A stretch of 64,000 bases of DNA from the human T2T-CHM13v2.0 reference genome, Homo sapiens: NCBI RefSeq assembly GCF_009914755.1, contig NC_060935.1, one strand, 5' to 3'. This document shows positions 13,421 to 26,600 of the stretch, one piece after another. The notes beneath the pieces were generated by a model, which saw only the letters and a program-made list of their open reading frames with translations, was not told the DNA's origin and did not search any database. Both the position numbers and the translations under genes were made by a program. How positions within the stretch are numbered: the stretch's first letter is position 1; each line of letters opens with the position of its first letter.

Positions 13421-16400
13421 TGATGACTGCATTCAACTCACAGAGGTGAACAATCCTGTTGATGGAGCACTTTTGAAACTCTCTTTCTTTGGATTCTGCA
13501 AGTGGATATGTGGACCTCTGTGAAGATTTCGTTGGAAACGGGTTCATCTTCACAGAAAAATTAACAGAAGCATTCTCAGAAACTGCTTTGTGATGTTTGT
13601 GTTCCACTTCAGGAATTGAACTTTCCTCTTGACAGAGCAGCTCTGAAACCCTCTTATTCTAGAATCTGCAAGTGGACATTTGGAGGGCTTTGAGGCCTGT
13701 GGTGGAAAAGGAAAATCTTCACATAAAAACTAGATGGAAGCATTCTCAGAAACTTCTTTGTGATGATTGCATTCGACTCACAGAGTTGAACATTCCTATA
13801 GATAGAGCAGGTTGTAAACAATCTTTTTGTAGAATCTGCGATTGGAGATTTGGACTGCTTTGAGGCCTACTGTAGTAAAGGAAATAACTTCATCTAAAAA
13901 CCAAACGGAAGCATTCACAGACAATTCTTAGTGATCATTGCATTGAACTAACAGAGCTGAACATTCCTTTAGATGGCGCAGTTTCCAAACACACTTTCTG
14001 TAGAATCTGCAAGTGGATATTTGGACCTCTCTGAGGATTTCGTTGGAAACGGGATAAACTTCCCAGAACTACACGGAAGCATGCTGAGAAACTTCTTTGT
14101 GATGTTTGCATTCAACTCACAGAGTTGAACTTTGCTTTCATAGTTCAGCTTTCAAACACTCTTTTTGTAGAATCTGCAAGTGGATATTTGGACCACTTTG
14201 TGGCCTTCCTTCGAAACGGGTATATCTTCACATCAAACCTAGACAGAAGCATTCTCAGAATGTTTCCTGTGATGACTGCATTCAACTCACAGAGGTGAAC
14301 AATCCTGCTGATGGAGCAGTTTTGAAACTCTCTTTCTTTGGATTCTGCAAGTGGATATGTGGACCTCTGTGAAGATTTCGTTGGAAACGGGTTCATCTTC
14401 ACAGAAAAACTAAACAGAAGCATTCTCAGAAACTGCTTTGTGATGTTTGTGTTCCACTTCAGGAATTGAACTTTCCTCCTGACAGAGCAGCTCTGACACC
14501 CTCTTATTCTAGAATCTGCAAGTGGACATTTGGAGGGCTTTGAGGCCTGTGGTGGAAAAGGAAAATCTTCACATAAAAACTAGATGGAAGCATTCTCAGA
14601 AACTACTTTGTGATGATTGCATTCGACTCACAGAGTTGAACATTCCTATAGATAGAGCAGGTTGTAAACAATCTTTTTGTAGAATCTGCGATTGGAGATT
14701 TGGACTGCTTTGAGGCCTACTGTAGTAAAGGAAATAACTTCATCTAAAAACCAAACGGAAGCATTCACAGACAATTCTTAGTGATCATTGCATTGAACTA
14801 ACAGAGCTGAACATTCCTTTAGATGGAGCAGTTTCCAAACACACTTTCTGTAGAACCTGCAAGTGGATATTTGGACCTCTCTGAGGATTTCGTTGGAAAC
14901 GGGATAAACTTCCCAGAACTACACGGAAGCATTGTGAGAAACTTCTTTGTGATGTTTGCATTCAACTCACAGAGTTGAACCTTGCTTTCATAGTTCAGCT
15001 TTCAAACACTCTTTTTGTAGAATCTGCAAGTGGATATTTGGACCACTTTGTGGCCTTCCTTCGAAACGGGTATATCTTCACATCAAACCTAGACAGAAGC
15101 ATTCTCAGAATGTTTCCTGTGATGACTGCATTCAACTCACAGAGGTGAACAATCCTGCTGATGGAGCAGTTTTGAAACTCTCTTTCTTTGGATTCTGCAA
15201 GTGGATATGTGGACCTCTGTGAAGATTTCGTTGGAAACGGGTTCATCTTCACAGAAAAACTAAACAGGAGCATTCTCAGAAACTGCTTTGTGATGTTTGT
15301 GTTCCACTTCAAGAATTGAACTTTCCTCTTGACAGAGCAGCTCTGAAACCCTATTTTTCTAGAATCTGCAAGTGGACATTTGGAGGGCTTTGAGGCCTGT
15401 GGTGGAAAAGGAAAATCTTCACATAAAAACTAGATGGAAGCATTCTCAGAAACTACTTTGTGATGATTGCATTCGACTCACAGAGTTGAACATTCCTATA
15501 GATAGAGCAGGTTGTAAACAATCTTTTTGTAGAATCTGCGATTGGAGATTTGGACTGCTTTGAGGCTTACTGTAGTAAAGGAAATAACTTCATCTAAAAA
15601 CCAAACGGAAGCATTCACAGACAATTCTTAGTGATCATTGGATTGAACTAACAGAGCTGAACATTCCTTTAGATGGAGCAGTTTCCAAACCCACTTTCTG
15701 TAGAATCTGCAAGTGGATATTTGGACTTCTCTGAGGATTTCGTTGGAAACGGGATAAACTTCCCAGAACTACAGGGAAGCATTGTGAGAAACTTCTTTGT
15801 GATGTTTGCATTCAACTCACAGAGTTGAAACTTGCTTTCATAGTTCAGCTTTCAAACACTCTTTTTGTAGAATCTGCAAGTGGATATTTGGACCACTTTG
15901 TGGCCTTCCTTCGAAACGGTTATATCTTCACATCAAAACTAGACAGAAGCATTCTCAGAATGTTTCCTGTGAAGACTGCATTCAACTCACAGAGATGAAC
16001 AATCCTGTTGATGGAGCACTTTGGAAACTCTCTTTCTTTGGATTCTGCCAGTTGATATGTGGACCTCTGTGAAGATTTCGTTGGAAACGGGTTCATCTTC
16101 ACAGAAAAACTAAACAGAAGCATTCTCAAAAACTACTTTGTGATGTTTGTGTTCCACTTCAAGAATTGAACTTTCCTCTTGACAGAGCAGCTCTGAAAAC
16201 CTCTTTTTCTAGAATCTGCAAGTGGACATTTGGAGGGCTTTGAGGCCTGTGGTGGAAAAGGAAAATCTTCACATAAAAACTAGATGGAAGCATTCTCAGA
16301 AACTACTTTGTGATGATTGCATTCGACTCACAGAGTTGAACATTCCTATAGATAGAGCAGGTTGTAAACAATCTTTTTGTAGAATCTGCGATTGGAGATT

Positions 16401-19400
16401 TGGACTGCTTTGAGGCCTACTGTAGTAAAGGAAATAACTTCATCTAAAAACCAAACGGAAGCATTCAAAGACAATTCTTAGAGATCATTGGATTGAACTA
16501 ACACAGCTGAACATTCCTTTAGATGGAGCAGTTTCCAAACACACTTTCTGTAGAATCTGCAAGTGGATATTTGGACTTCTCTGAGGATTTCGTTGGAAAC
16601 GGGATAAACTTCCCAGAACTACACGGAAGCATTGTGAGAAACTTCTTCGTGATGTTTGCATTCAACTCACAGAGTTGAACCTTGCTTTCATAGTTCAGCT
16701 TTCAAACACTCTTTTTGTAGAATCTGCAAGTGGATATTTGGACCACTTTGTGGCCTTCCTTCGAAACGGGTATATCTTCACATCAAACCTAGACAGAAGC
16801 ATTCTCAGAATGTTTCCTGTGATGACTGCATTCAACTCACAGAGGTGAACAATCCTGCTGATGGAGCAGTTTTGAAACTCTCTTTCTTTGGATTCTGCAA
16901 GTGGATATGAGGACCTCTGTGAAGATTTCGTTGGAAATGGGTTCATCTTCACAGAAAAACTAAACAGGAGCATTCTCAGAAACTGCTTTGTGATGTTTGT
17001 GTTCCACTTCAGGAATTGAACTTTCCTCTTGACAGAGCAGCTCTGAAACCCTCTTTTTCTAGAATCTGCAAGTGGACATTTGGAGGGCTTTGAGGCCTGT
17101 GGTGGAAAAGGAAAATCTTCACATAAAAACTAGATGGAAGCATTCTCAGAAACTACTTTGTGATGATTGCATTCGACTCACAGAGTTGAACATTCCTATA
17201 GATAGAGCAGGTTGTAAACAATCTTTCTGTAGAATCTGCGATTGGAGATTTGGACTGCTTTGAGGCCTACTGTAGTAAAGGAAATAACTTCATCTAAAAA
17301 CCAAACGGAAGCATTCACAGACAATTCTTAGTGATCATTGGATTGAACTAACAGAGCTGAACATTCCTTTAGATGGAGCAGTTTCCAAACACACTTTCTG
17401 TAGAATCTGCAAGTGGATATTTGGACTTCTCTGAGGATTTCGTTGGAAACGGGATAAACTTCCCAGAACTACAGGGAAGCATTGTGAGAAACTTCTTTGT
17501 GATGTTTGCATTCAACTCACAGAGTTGAACCTTGCTTTCATAGTTCAGCTTTCAAACACTCTTTTTGTAGAATCTGCAAGTGGATATTTGGACCACTTTG
17601 TGGCCTTCCTTCGAAACGGGTATATCTTCACATCAAACCTAGACAGAAGCATTCTCAGAATGTTTCCTGTGATGACTGCATTCAACTCACAGAGGTGAAC
17701 AATCCTGCTGATGGAGCAGTTTTGAAACTCTCTTTCTTTGGATTCTGCAAGTGGATATGTGTACCTCTGTGAAGATTTCGTTGGAAACGGGTTCATCTTC
17801 ACAGAAAAACTAAACAGAAGCATTCTCAGAAACTGCTTTGTGATGTTTGTGTTCCACTTCAGGAATTGAACTTTCCTCTTGACAGAGCAGCTCTGAAACC
17901 CTCTTATTCTAGAATCTGCAAGGGGACATTTGGAGGGCTTTGAGGCCTGTGGTGGAAAAGGAAAATCTTCACATAAAAACTAGATGGAAGCATTCTCAGA
18001 AACTACTTTGTGATGATTGCATTCGACTCACAGAGTTGAACATTCCTATACATAGAGCAGGTTGTAAACAATCTTTTTGTAGAATCTGCGATTGGAGATT
18101 TGGACTGCTTTGAGGCCTACTGCAGTAAAGGAAATAACTTCATCTCAAAACCAAACGGAAGCATTCACAGACAATTCTTAGTGATCATTGGATTGAACTA
18201 ACAGAGCTGAACATTCCTTTAGATGGCGCAGTTTCCAAACACACTTTCTGTAGAATCTGCAAGTGGATATTTGGACCTCTCTGAGGATTTCGTTGGAAAC
18301 GGGATAAACTTCCCAGAACTACACGGAAGCTTTGTGAGAAACTTCTTTGTGATGTTTGCATTCAACTCACAGAGTTGAACCTTGCTTTCATAGTTCAGCT
18401 TTCAAACACTCTTTTTGTAGAATCTGCAAGTGGATATTTGGACCACTTTGTGGCCTTCCTTCGAAACGGGTATATCTTCACATCAAACCTAGACAGAAGC
18501 ATTCTCAGAATGTTTCCTGTGATGACTGCATTCAACTCACAGAGGTGAACAATCCTGCTGATGGAGCAGTTTTGAAACTCTCTTTCTTTGGATTCTGCAA
18601 GTGGATATGTGGACCTCTGTGAAGATTTCGTTGGAAACGGGTTCATCTTCACAGAAAAACTAAACAGGAGCATTCTCAGAAACTGCTTTGTGATGTTTGT
18701 GTTCCACTTAAAGAATTGAACTTTCCTCTTGACAGAGCAGCTCTGAAACCCTCTTTTTCTAGAATCTGCAAGTGGACATTTGGAGGGCTTTGAGGCCTGT
18801 GGTGGAAAAGGAAAATCGTCACATAAAAACTTTATGGAAGCATTCTCAGAAACTTCTTTGTGATGATTGCATTCGACTCACAGAGTTGAACATTCCTATA
18901 GATAGAGCAGGTTGTAAACAATCTTTTTGTAGAATCTGCGATTGGAGATTTGGACTGCTTTGAGGCCTACTGTAGTAAAGGAAATTACTTCATCTAAAAA
19001 CCAAACGGAAGCATTCACAGAGAATTCTTAGTGATCATTGCATTGAACTAACAGAGCTGAACATTCCTTTAGATGGAGCAGTTTCCAAACCCACGTTCTG
19101 TAGAATCTGCAAGTGGATATTTGGACTTCTCTGAGGATTTCGTTGGAAACGGGATAAACTTCCCAGAACTACACGGAAGCATGCTGAGAAACTTCTTTGT
19201 GATGTTTGCATTCAACTCACAGAGTTGAACCTTGCTTTCATAGTTCAGCTTTCAAACACTCTTTTTGTAGAATCTGCAAGTGGATATTTGGACCACTTTG
19301 TGGCCTTCCTTCGAAACGGGTATATCTTCACATCAAACCTAGACAGAAGCATTCTCAGAATGTTTCCTGTGATGACTGCATTCAACTCACAGAGTTGAAT

Positions 19401-19650
19401 AATCCTGTTGATGGAGCACTTTTGAAACTCTCTTTCTTTGGATTCTGCAAGTTGATATGTGGACCTCTGTGAAGATTTCGTTGGAAACGGGTTCATCTTC
19501 ACAGAAAAACTAAACAGAAGCATTCTCAGAAACTACTTTGTGATGTTTTTGTTCCACTTCAAGAACTGAACTTTCCTCTTGACAGAGCAGCTCTGAAACC
19601 CTCTTTTTCTAGAATCTGCAAGTGGACATTTGGAGGGCTTTGAGGCCTGT
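11123..19650 (+). repeat. Copy 1 of an ~8.5-kb dispersed block duplication (offset 32,304 bp); edges approximate
   Basis: Rare variants occur in the same order as in 43427-51954: ATTAAC indel 13560/45864, GAGGCTTAC, TCTTTCTG, TACATAG, TGCAGT, GCTTTGTG, AATCGTC, CCCACGTT, GAATAATC. Confidence 0.85.
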
Positions 19651-22600
19651 GGTGGAAAAGGAAATTCTTCACATAAAAACTTTATGGAAGCATTCTCAGA
19701 AACTTCTTTGTGATGATTGCATTCGACTCACAGAGTTGAACATTCCTATAGATAGAGCAGGTTGTAAACAATCTTTTTGTAGAGTCTGCGATTGGAGATT
19801 TGGACTGCTTTGAGGCCTACTGTAGTAAAGGAAATTACTTCATCTAAAAACCAAACGGAAGCATTCACAGACAATACTTAGTGATCATTGGATTGAACTA
19901 ACAGAGCTGAACATTCCTTTAGATGGAGCAGTTTCCAAACCCACTTTCTGTAGAATCTGAAGTGGATATTTGGACTTCTCTGAGGATTTCTTTGGAAACG
20001 GGATAAACTTCCCAGAACTACACGGAAGCATTGTGAGAAACTTCTTTGTGATGTTTTCATTCAACTCACAGAGTTGAACCTTGCTTTCATAGTTCAGCTT
20101 TCAAACACTCTTTTTGTAGAATCTGCAAGTGGATATTTGGACCACTTTGTGGCCTTCCTTCGAAACGGGTATATCTTCACATCAAACCTAGACAGAAGCA
20201 TTCTCAGAATGTTTCCTGTGATGACTGCATTCAACTCACAGAGGTGAACAATCCTGCTGATGGAGCAGTTTTGAAACTCTCTTTCTTTGGATTCTGCAAG
20301 TGGATATGTGGACTTCTGTGAAGATTTCGTTGGAAACGGGTTCATCTTCACAGAAAAACTAAACAGGAGCATTCTCAGAAACTGCTTTGTGATGTTTGTG
20401 TTCCACTTAAAGAATTGAACTTTCCTCTTGACAGAGCAGCTCTGAAACCCTCTTTTTCTAGAATCTGCAAGTGGACATTTGGAGGGCTTTGAGGCCTGTG
20501 GTGGAAAAGGAAAATCTTCACATAAAAACTAGATGGAAGCATTCTCAGAAACTACTTTGTGATGATTGCATTCGACGCACAGAGTTGAACATTCCTATAG
20601 ATAGAGCAGGTTGTAAACAATCTTTTTGTAGAATCTGCGGTTGAAGATTTGGACTGCTTTGAGGCCTACTGTAGTAAAGGGAATAACTTCATCTAAAAAC
20701 CAAACGGAAGCATTCACAGACAATTCTTAGTGATCACTGGATTGAGCTAACAGAGCTGAACATTCCTTTAGATGGAGCAGTTTCCAAACCCACTTTCTGT
20801 AGAATCTGCAAGTGGATATTTGGACTTCTCTGAGGATTTCGTTGGAAACGGGATAAACTTCCCAGAACTACACGGAAGCATTCTGAGAAACTTCTTTGTG
20901 ATGTTTGCATTCAACTCACAGAGTTGAACCTTGCTTTCATAGTTCAGCTTTCAAACACTCTTTTTGTAGAATCTGCAAGTGGATATTTGGACCACTTTGT
21001 GGCCTTCCTTCGAAACGGGTATATCTTCCCATCAAACCTAGACAGAAGCATTCTCAGAATGTTTCCTGTGATGACTGCATTCAACTCACAGAGGTGAACA
21101 ATCCTGTTGATGGAGCACTTTTGAAACTCTCTTTCTTTGGATTCTGCAAGTTGATATGTGGACCTCTGTGAAGATTTCGTTGGAAACGGGTTCATCTTCA
21201 CAGAAAAACTAAACAGAAGCATTCTCAGAAACTACTTTGTGATGTTTGTGTTCCACTTCAAGAATTGAACTTTCGTCTTGACAGAGCAGCTCTGAAACCC
21301 TCTTTTTCTAGAATCTGCAAGTGGACATTTGGAGGGCTTTGAGGCCTGTGGTGGAAAAGGAAAATCTTCACATAAAAACTAGATGGAAGCATTCTCAGAA
21401 ACTACTTTGTGATGATTGCATTCGACTCACAGAGTTGAACATTCCTATAGATAGAGCAGGTTGTAAACAATCTTTTTGTAGAATCTGCGATTGGAGATTT
21501 GGACTGCTTTGAGGCCTACTGTAGTAAAGGAAATAACTTCATCTAAAAACCAAACGGAAGCATTCACAGACAATTCTTAGTGATCATTGCATTGAACTAA
21601 CAGAGCTGAACATTCCTTTAGATGGAGCAGTTTCCAAACACACTTTCTGTAGAATCTGCAAGTGGATATTTGGACCTCTCTGAGGATTTCGTTGGAAACG
21701 GGATAAACTTCCCAGAACTACACGGAAGCATGCTGAGAAACTTCTTTGTGATGTTTGCATTCAACTCACAGAGTTGAACCTTGCTTTCATAGTTCAGCTT
21801 TCAAACACTCTTTTTGTAGAATCTGCAAGTGGATATTTGGACCACTTTGTGGCCTTCCTTCGAAACGGGTATATCTTCACATCAAACCTAGACAGAAGCA
21901 TTCTCAGAATGTTTCCTGTGATGACTGCATTCAACTCACAGAGGTGAACAATCCTGCTGATGGAGTAATTTTGAAACTCTCTTTCTTTGGATTCTGCAAG
22001 TGGATATGTGGACCTCTGTGAAGATTTCGTTGGAAACGGGTTCATCTTCACAGAAAAACTAAACAGAAGCATTCTCAGAAACTGCTTTGTGATGTTTGTG
22101 TTCCACTTCAGGAATTGAACTTTCCTCTTGACAGAGCAGCTCTGAAACCCTCTTATTCTAGAATCTGCAAGTGGACATTTGGAGGGCTTTGAGGCCTGTG
22201 GTGGAAAAGGAAAATCTTCACATAAAAACTAGATGGAAGCATTCTCAGAAACTACTTTGTGATGATTGCATTCGACTCACAGAGTTGAACATTCCTATAG
22301 ATAGAGCAGGTTGTAAACAATCTTTTTGTAGAATCTGCGATTGGAGATTTGGACTGCTTTGAGGCCTACTGTAGTAAAGGAAATAACTTCATCTAAAAAC
22401 CAAACGGAAGCATTCACAGACAATTCTTAGTGATCATTGCATTGAACTAACAGAGCTGAACATTCCTTTAGATGGAGCAGTTTCCAAACACACTTTCTGT
22501 AGAACCTGCAAGTGGATATTTGGACCTCTCTGAGGATTTCGTTGGAAACGGGATAAACTTCCCAGAGCTACACGGTAGCATTGTGAGAAACTTCTTTGTG

Positions 22601-23672
22601 ATGTTTGCATTCAACTCACAGAGTTGAACCTTGCTTTCATAGTTCAGCTTTCAAACACTCTTTTTGTAGAATCTGCAAGTGGATATTTGGACCACTTTGT
22701 GGCCTTCCTTCGAAACGGGTATATCTTCACATCAAACCTAGACAGAAGCATTCTCAGAATGTTTCCTGTGATGACTGCATTCAACTCACAGAGGTGAACA
22801 ATTCTGCTGATGGAGCAGTTTTGAAACTCTCTTTCTTTGGATTCTGCAAGTGGATATGTGGACCTCTGTGAAGATTTCGTTTTAAACGGGTTCATCTTCA
22901 CAGAAAAACTAAACAGAAACATTCTCACAAACTGCTGTGTGATGTTTGTGTTCCACTTCAGGAATTGAACTTTCCTCTTGACAGAGCAGCTCTGAAACCC
23001 TCTTTTTCTAGAATCTGCAAGTGGACATTTGGAGGGCTTTGAGGCCTGTGGTGGAAAAGGAAAATCTTCACATAAAAACTAGATGGAAGCATTCTCAGAA
23101 ACTACTTTGTGATGATTGCATTCGACTCACAGAGTTGAACATTCCTATAGATAGAGCAGGTTGTAAACAATCTTTTTGTAGAATCTGCGATTGGAGATTT
23201 GGACTGCTTTTAGGCCTACTGTGGTAAAGGAAATAACTTCATCTAAAAACCAAACGGAAGCATTCACAGACAATTCTTAGTGATCATTGGATTGAACTAA
23301 CAGAGCTGAACATTCCTTTAGATGGCGCAGTTTCCAAACACACTTTCTGTAGAATCTGCAAGTGGATATTTGGACTTCTCTGAGGATTTCGTTGGAAACG
23401 GGATAAACTTCCCAGAACTACACGGAAGCATTGTGAGAAACTTCTTTGTGATGTTTGCATTCAACTCACAGAGTTGAACCTTGCTTTCATAGTTCAGCTT
23501 TCAAACCCTCTTTTTGTAGAATCTGCAAGTGGATATTTGGGCGACTTTGTGGCCTTCCTTCGAAACGGGTATATCTTCACATCAAACCTAGACAGAAGCA
23601 TTCTCAGAATGTTTCCTGTGAAGACTGCATTCAACTCACAGAGATGAACAATCCTGTTGATGGAGCACTTTG

Positions 23673-26600
23673 GAAACTCTCTTTCTTTGGATTCTGCAAG
23701 TTGATATGTGGACCTCTGTGAAGATTTCGTTGGAAACGGGTTCATCTTCACAGAAAAACTAAACAGAAGCATTCTCAGAAACTACTTTGTGATGTTTGTG
23801 TTCCACTTCAAGAATTGAACTTTCCTCTTGACAGAGCAGCTCTGAAACCCTCTTTTTCTAGAATCTGCAAGTGGACATTTGGAGGGCTTTGAGGCCTGTG
23901 GTGGAAAAGGAAAATCTTCACATAAAAACTAGATGGAAGCATTCTCAGAAACTACTTTGTGATGATTGCATTCGTCTCACAGAGTTGAACATTCAAATAG
24001 ATAGAGCAGGTTGTAAACAATCTTTTTGTAGAATCTGCGATTGGAGATTTGGACTGCTTTGAGGCCTACTGTAGTAAAGGAAATAACTTCATCTAAAAAC
24101 CAAACGGAAGCATTCACAGACAATTCTTAGTGATCATTGCATTGAACTAACAGAGCTGAACATTCCTTTAGATGGTGCAGTTTCCAAACACACTTTCTGT
24201 AGAATCTGCAAGTGGATATTTGGACCTCTCTGAGGATTTCGTTGGAAACCAGATAAACTTCCCAGAACTACACAGAAGCATTCTGAGAAACTTCTTTGTG
24301 ATGTTTGCATTCAACTCACAGAGTTGAACCTTGCTTTCATAGTTCAGCTTTCAAACACTCTTTTTGTAGAATCTGCAAGTGGATATTTGGACCACTTTGT
24401 GGCCTTCCTTCGAAACGGGTATATCTTCACATCAAACCTAGACAGAAGCATTCTCAGAATGTTTCCTGTCATGACTGCATTCAACTCCCTGAGGTGAACA
24501 ATCCTGCTGATGGAGCAGTTTTGAACCTCTCTTTCTTTGGATTCTGCAAGTGGATATGTGTACCACTGTGAAGATTTCGTTGGAAACGGGTTCATCTTCA
24601 CAGAAAAACTAAACAGAAGCATTCTCAGAAACTGCTTTGTGATGTTTGTGTTCCACTTCAGGAATTGAACTTTCCTCTTTACAGAGCAGCTCTGAAACCC
24701 TCTTTTTCTAGAATCTGCAAGTGGACATTTGGAGGGCTTTGAGGCCTGTGGTGGAAAAGGAAAATCTTCACATAAAAACTTTATGGAAGCATTCTCAGAA
24801 ACTTCTTTGTGATGATTGCATTCGACTCACAGAGTTGAACATTCCTATAGATAGAGCAGGTTGTAAACAATCTTTTTGTAGAATCTGCGATTGGAGATTT
24901 GGACTGCTTTGAGGCCTACTGTAGTAAAGGAAATAACTTCATCTAAAAACCAAACGGAAGCATTCACAGACAATACTTAGTGATCATTGCATTGAACTAA
25001 CAGAGCTGAACATTCCTTTAGATGGCGCAGTTTCCAAACACACTTTCTGTAGAATCTGCAAGTGGATATTTGGACCTCTCTGAGGATTTCGTTGGAAACG
25101 GGATAAACTTCCCAGAACTACACGGAAGCATGCTGAGAAACTTCTTTGTGATGTTTGCATTCAACTCACAGAGTTGAACCTTGCTTTCATAGTTCAGCTT
25201 TCAAACACTCTTTTTGTAGAATCTGCAAGTGGATATTTGGACCTCTTTGTGGCCTTCCTTCGAAACGGGTATATCTTCACATCAAACCTAGACAGAAGCA
25301 TTCTCAGAATGTTTCCTGTGATGACTGCATTCAACTCACAGAGGTGAACAATCCTGCTGATGGAGCAGTTTTGAAACTCTCTTTCTTTGGATTCTGCAAG
25401 TGGATATGTGGACCTCTGTGAAGATTTCGTTGGAAACGGGTTCATCTTCACAGAAAAACTAAACAGAAGCATTCTCAGAAACTGCTTTGTGATGTTTGTG
25501 TTCCACTTCAGGAATTGAACTTTCCTCCTGACAGAGCAGCTCTGACACCCTCTTATTCTAGAATCTGCAAGTGGACATTTGGAGGGCTTTGAGGCCTGTG
25601 GTGGAAAAGGAAAATCTTCACATAAAAACTAGATGGAAGCATTCTCAGAAACTACTTTGTGATGATTGCATTCGACTCACAGAGTTGAGCATTCCTATAG
25701 ATAGAGCAGGTTGTAAACAATCTTTTTGTAGAATCTGCGATTGGAGATTTGGACTGCTTTGAGGCCTACTGTAGTAAAGGAAATAACTTCATCTAAAAAC
25801 CAAACGGAAGCATTCACAGACAATTCTTAGTGATCATTGCATTGAACTAACAGAGCTGAACATTCCTTTAGATGGAGCAGTTTCCAAACACACTTTCTGT
25901 AGAACCTGCAAGTGGATATTTGGACCTCTCTGAGGATTTCGTTGGAAACGGGATAAACTTCCCAGAACTACACGGAAGCATTGTGAGAAACTTCTTTGTG
26001 ATGTTTGCATTCAACTCACAGAGTTGAACCTTGCTTTCATAGTTCAGCTTTCAAACACTCTTTTTGTAGAATCTGCAAGTGGATATTTGGACCACTTTGT
26101 GGCCTTCCTTCGAAACGGGTATATCTTCACATCAAACCTAGACAGAAGCATTCTCAGAATGTTTCCTGTGATGACTGCATTCAACTCACAGAGGTGAACA
26201 ATCCTGCTGATGGAGCAGTTTTGAAACTCTCTTTCTTTGGATTCTGCAAGTGGATATGTGGACCTCTGTGAAGATTTCGTTGGAAACGGGTTCATCTTCA
26301 CAGAAAAACTAAACAGGAGCATTCTCAGAAACTGCTTTGTGATGTTTGTGTTCCACTTCAAGAATTGAACTTTCCTCTTGACAGAGCAGCTCTGAAACCC
26401 TATTTTTCTAGAATCTGCAAGTGGACATTTGGAGGGCTTTGAGGCCTGTGGTGGAAAAGGAAAATCTTCACATAAAAACTAGATGGAAGCATTCTCAGAA
26501 ACTACTTTGTGATGATTGCATTCGACTCACAGAGTTGAACATTCCTATAGATAGAGCAGGTTGTAAACAATCTTTTTGTAGAATCTGCGATTGGAGATTT

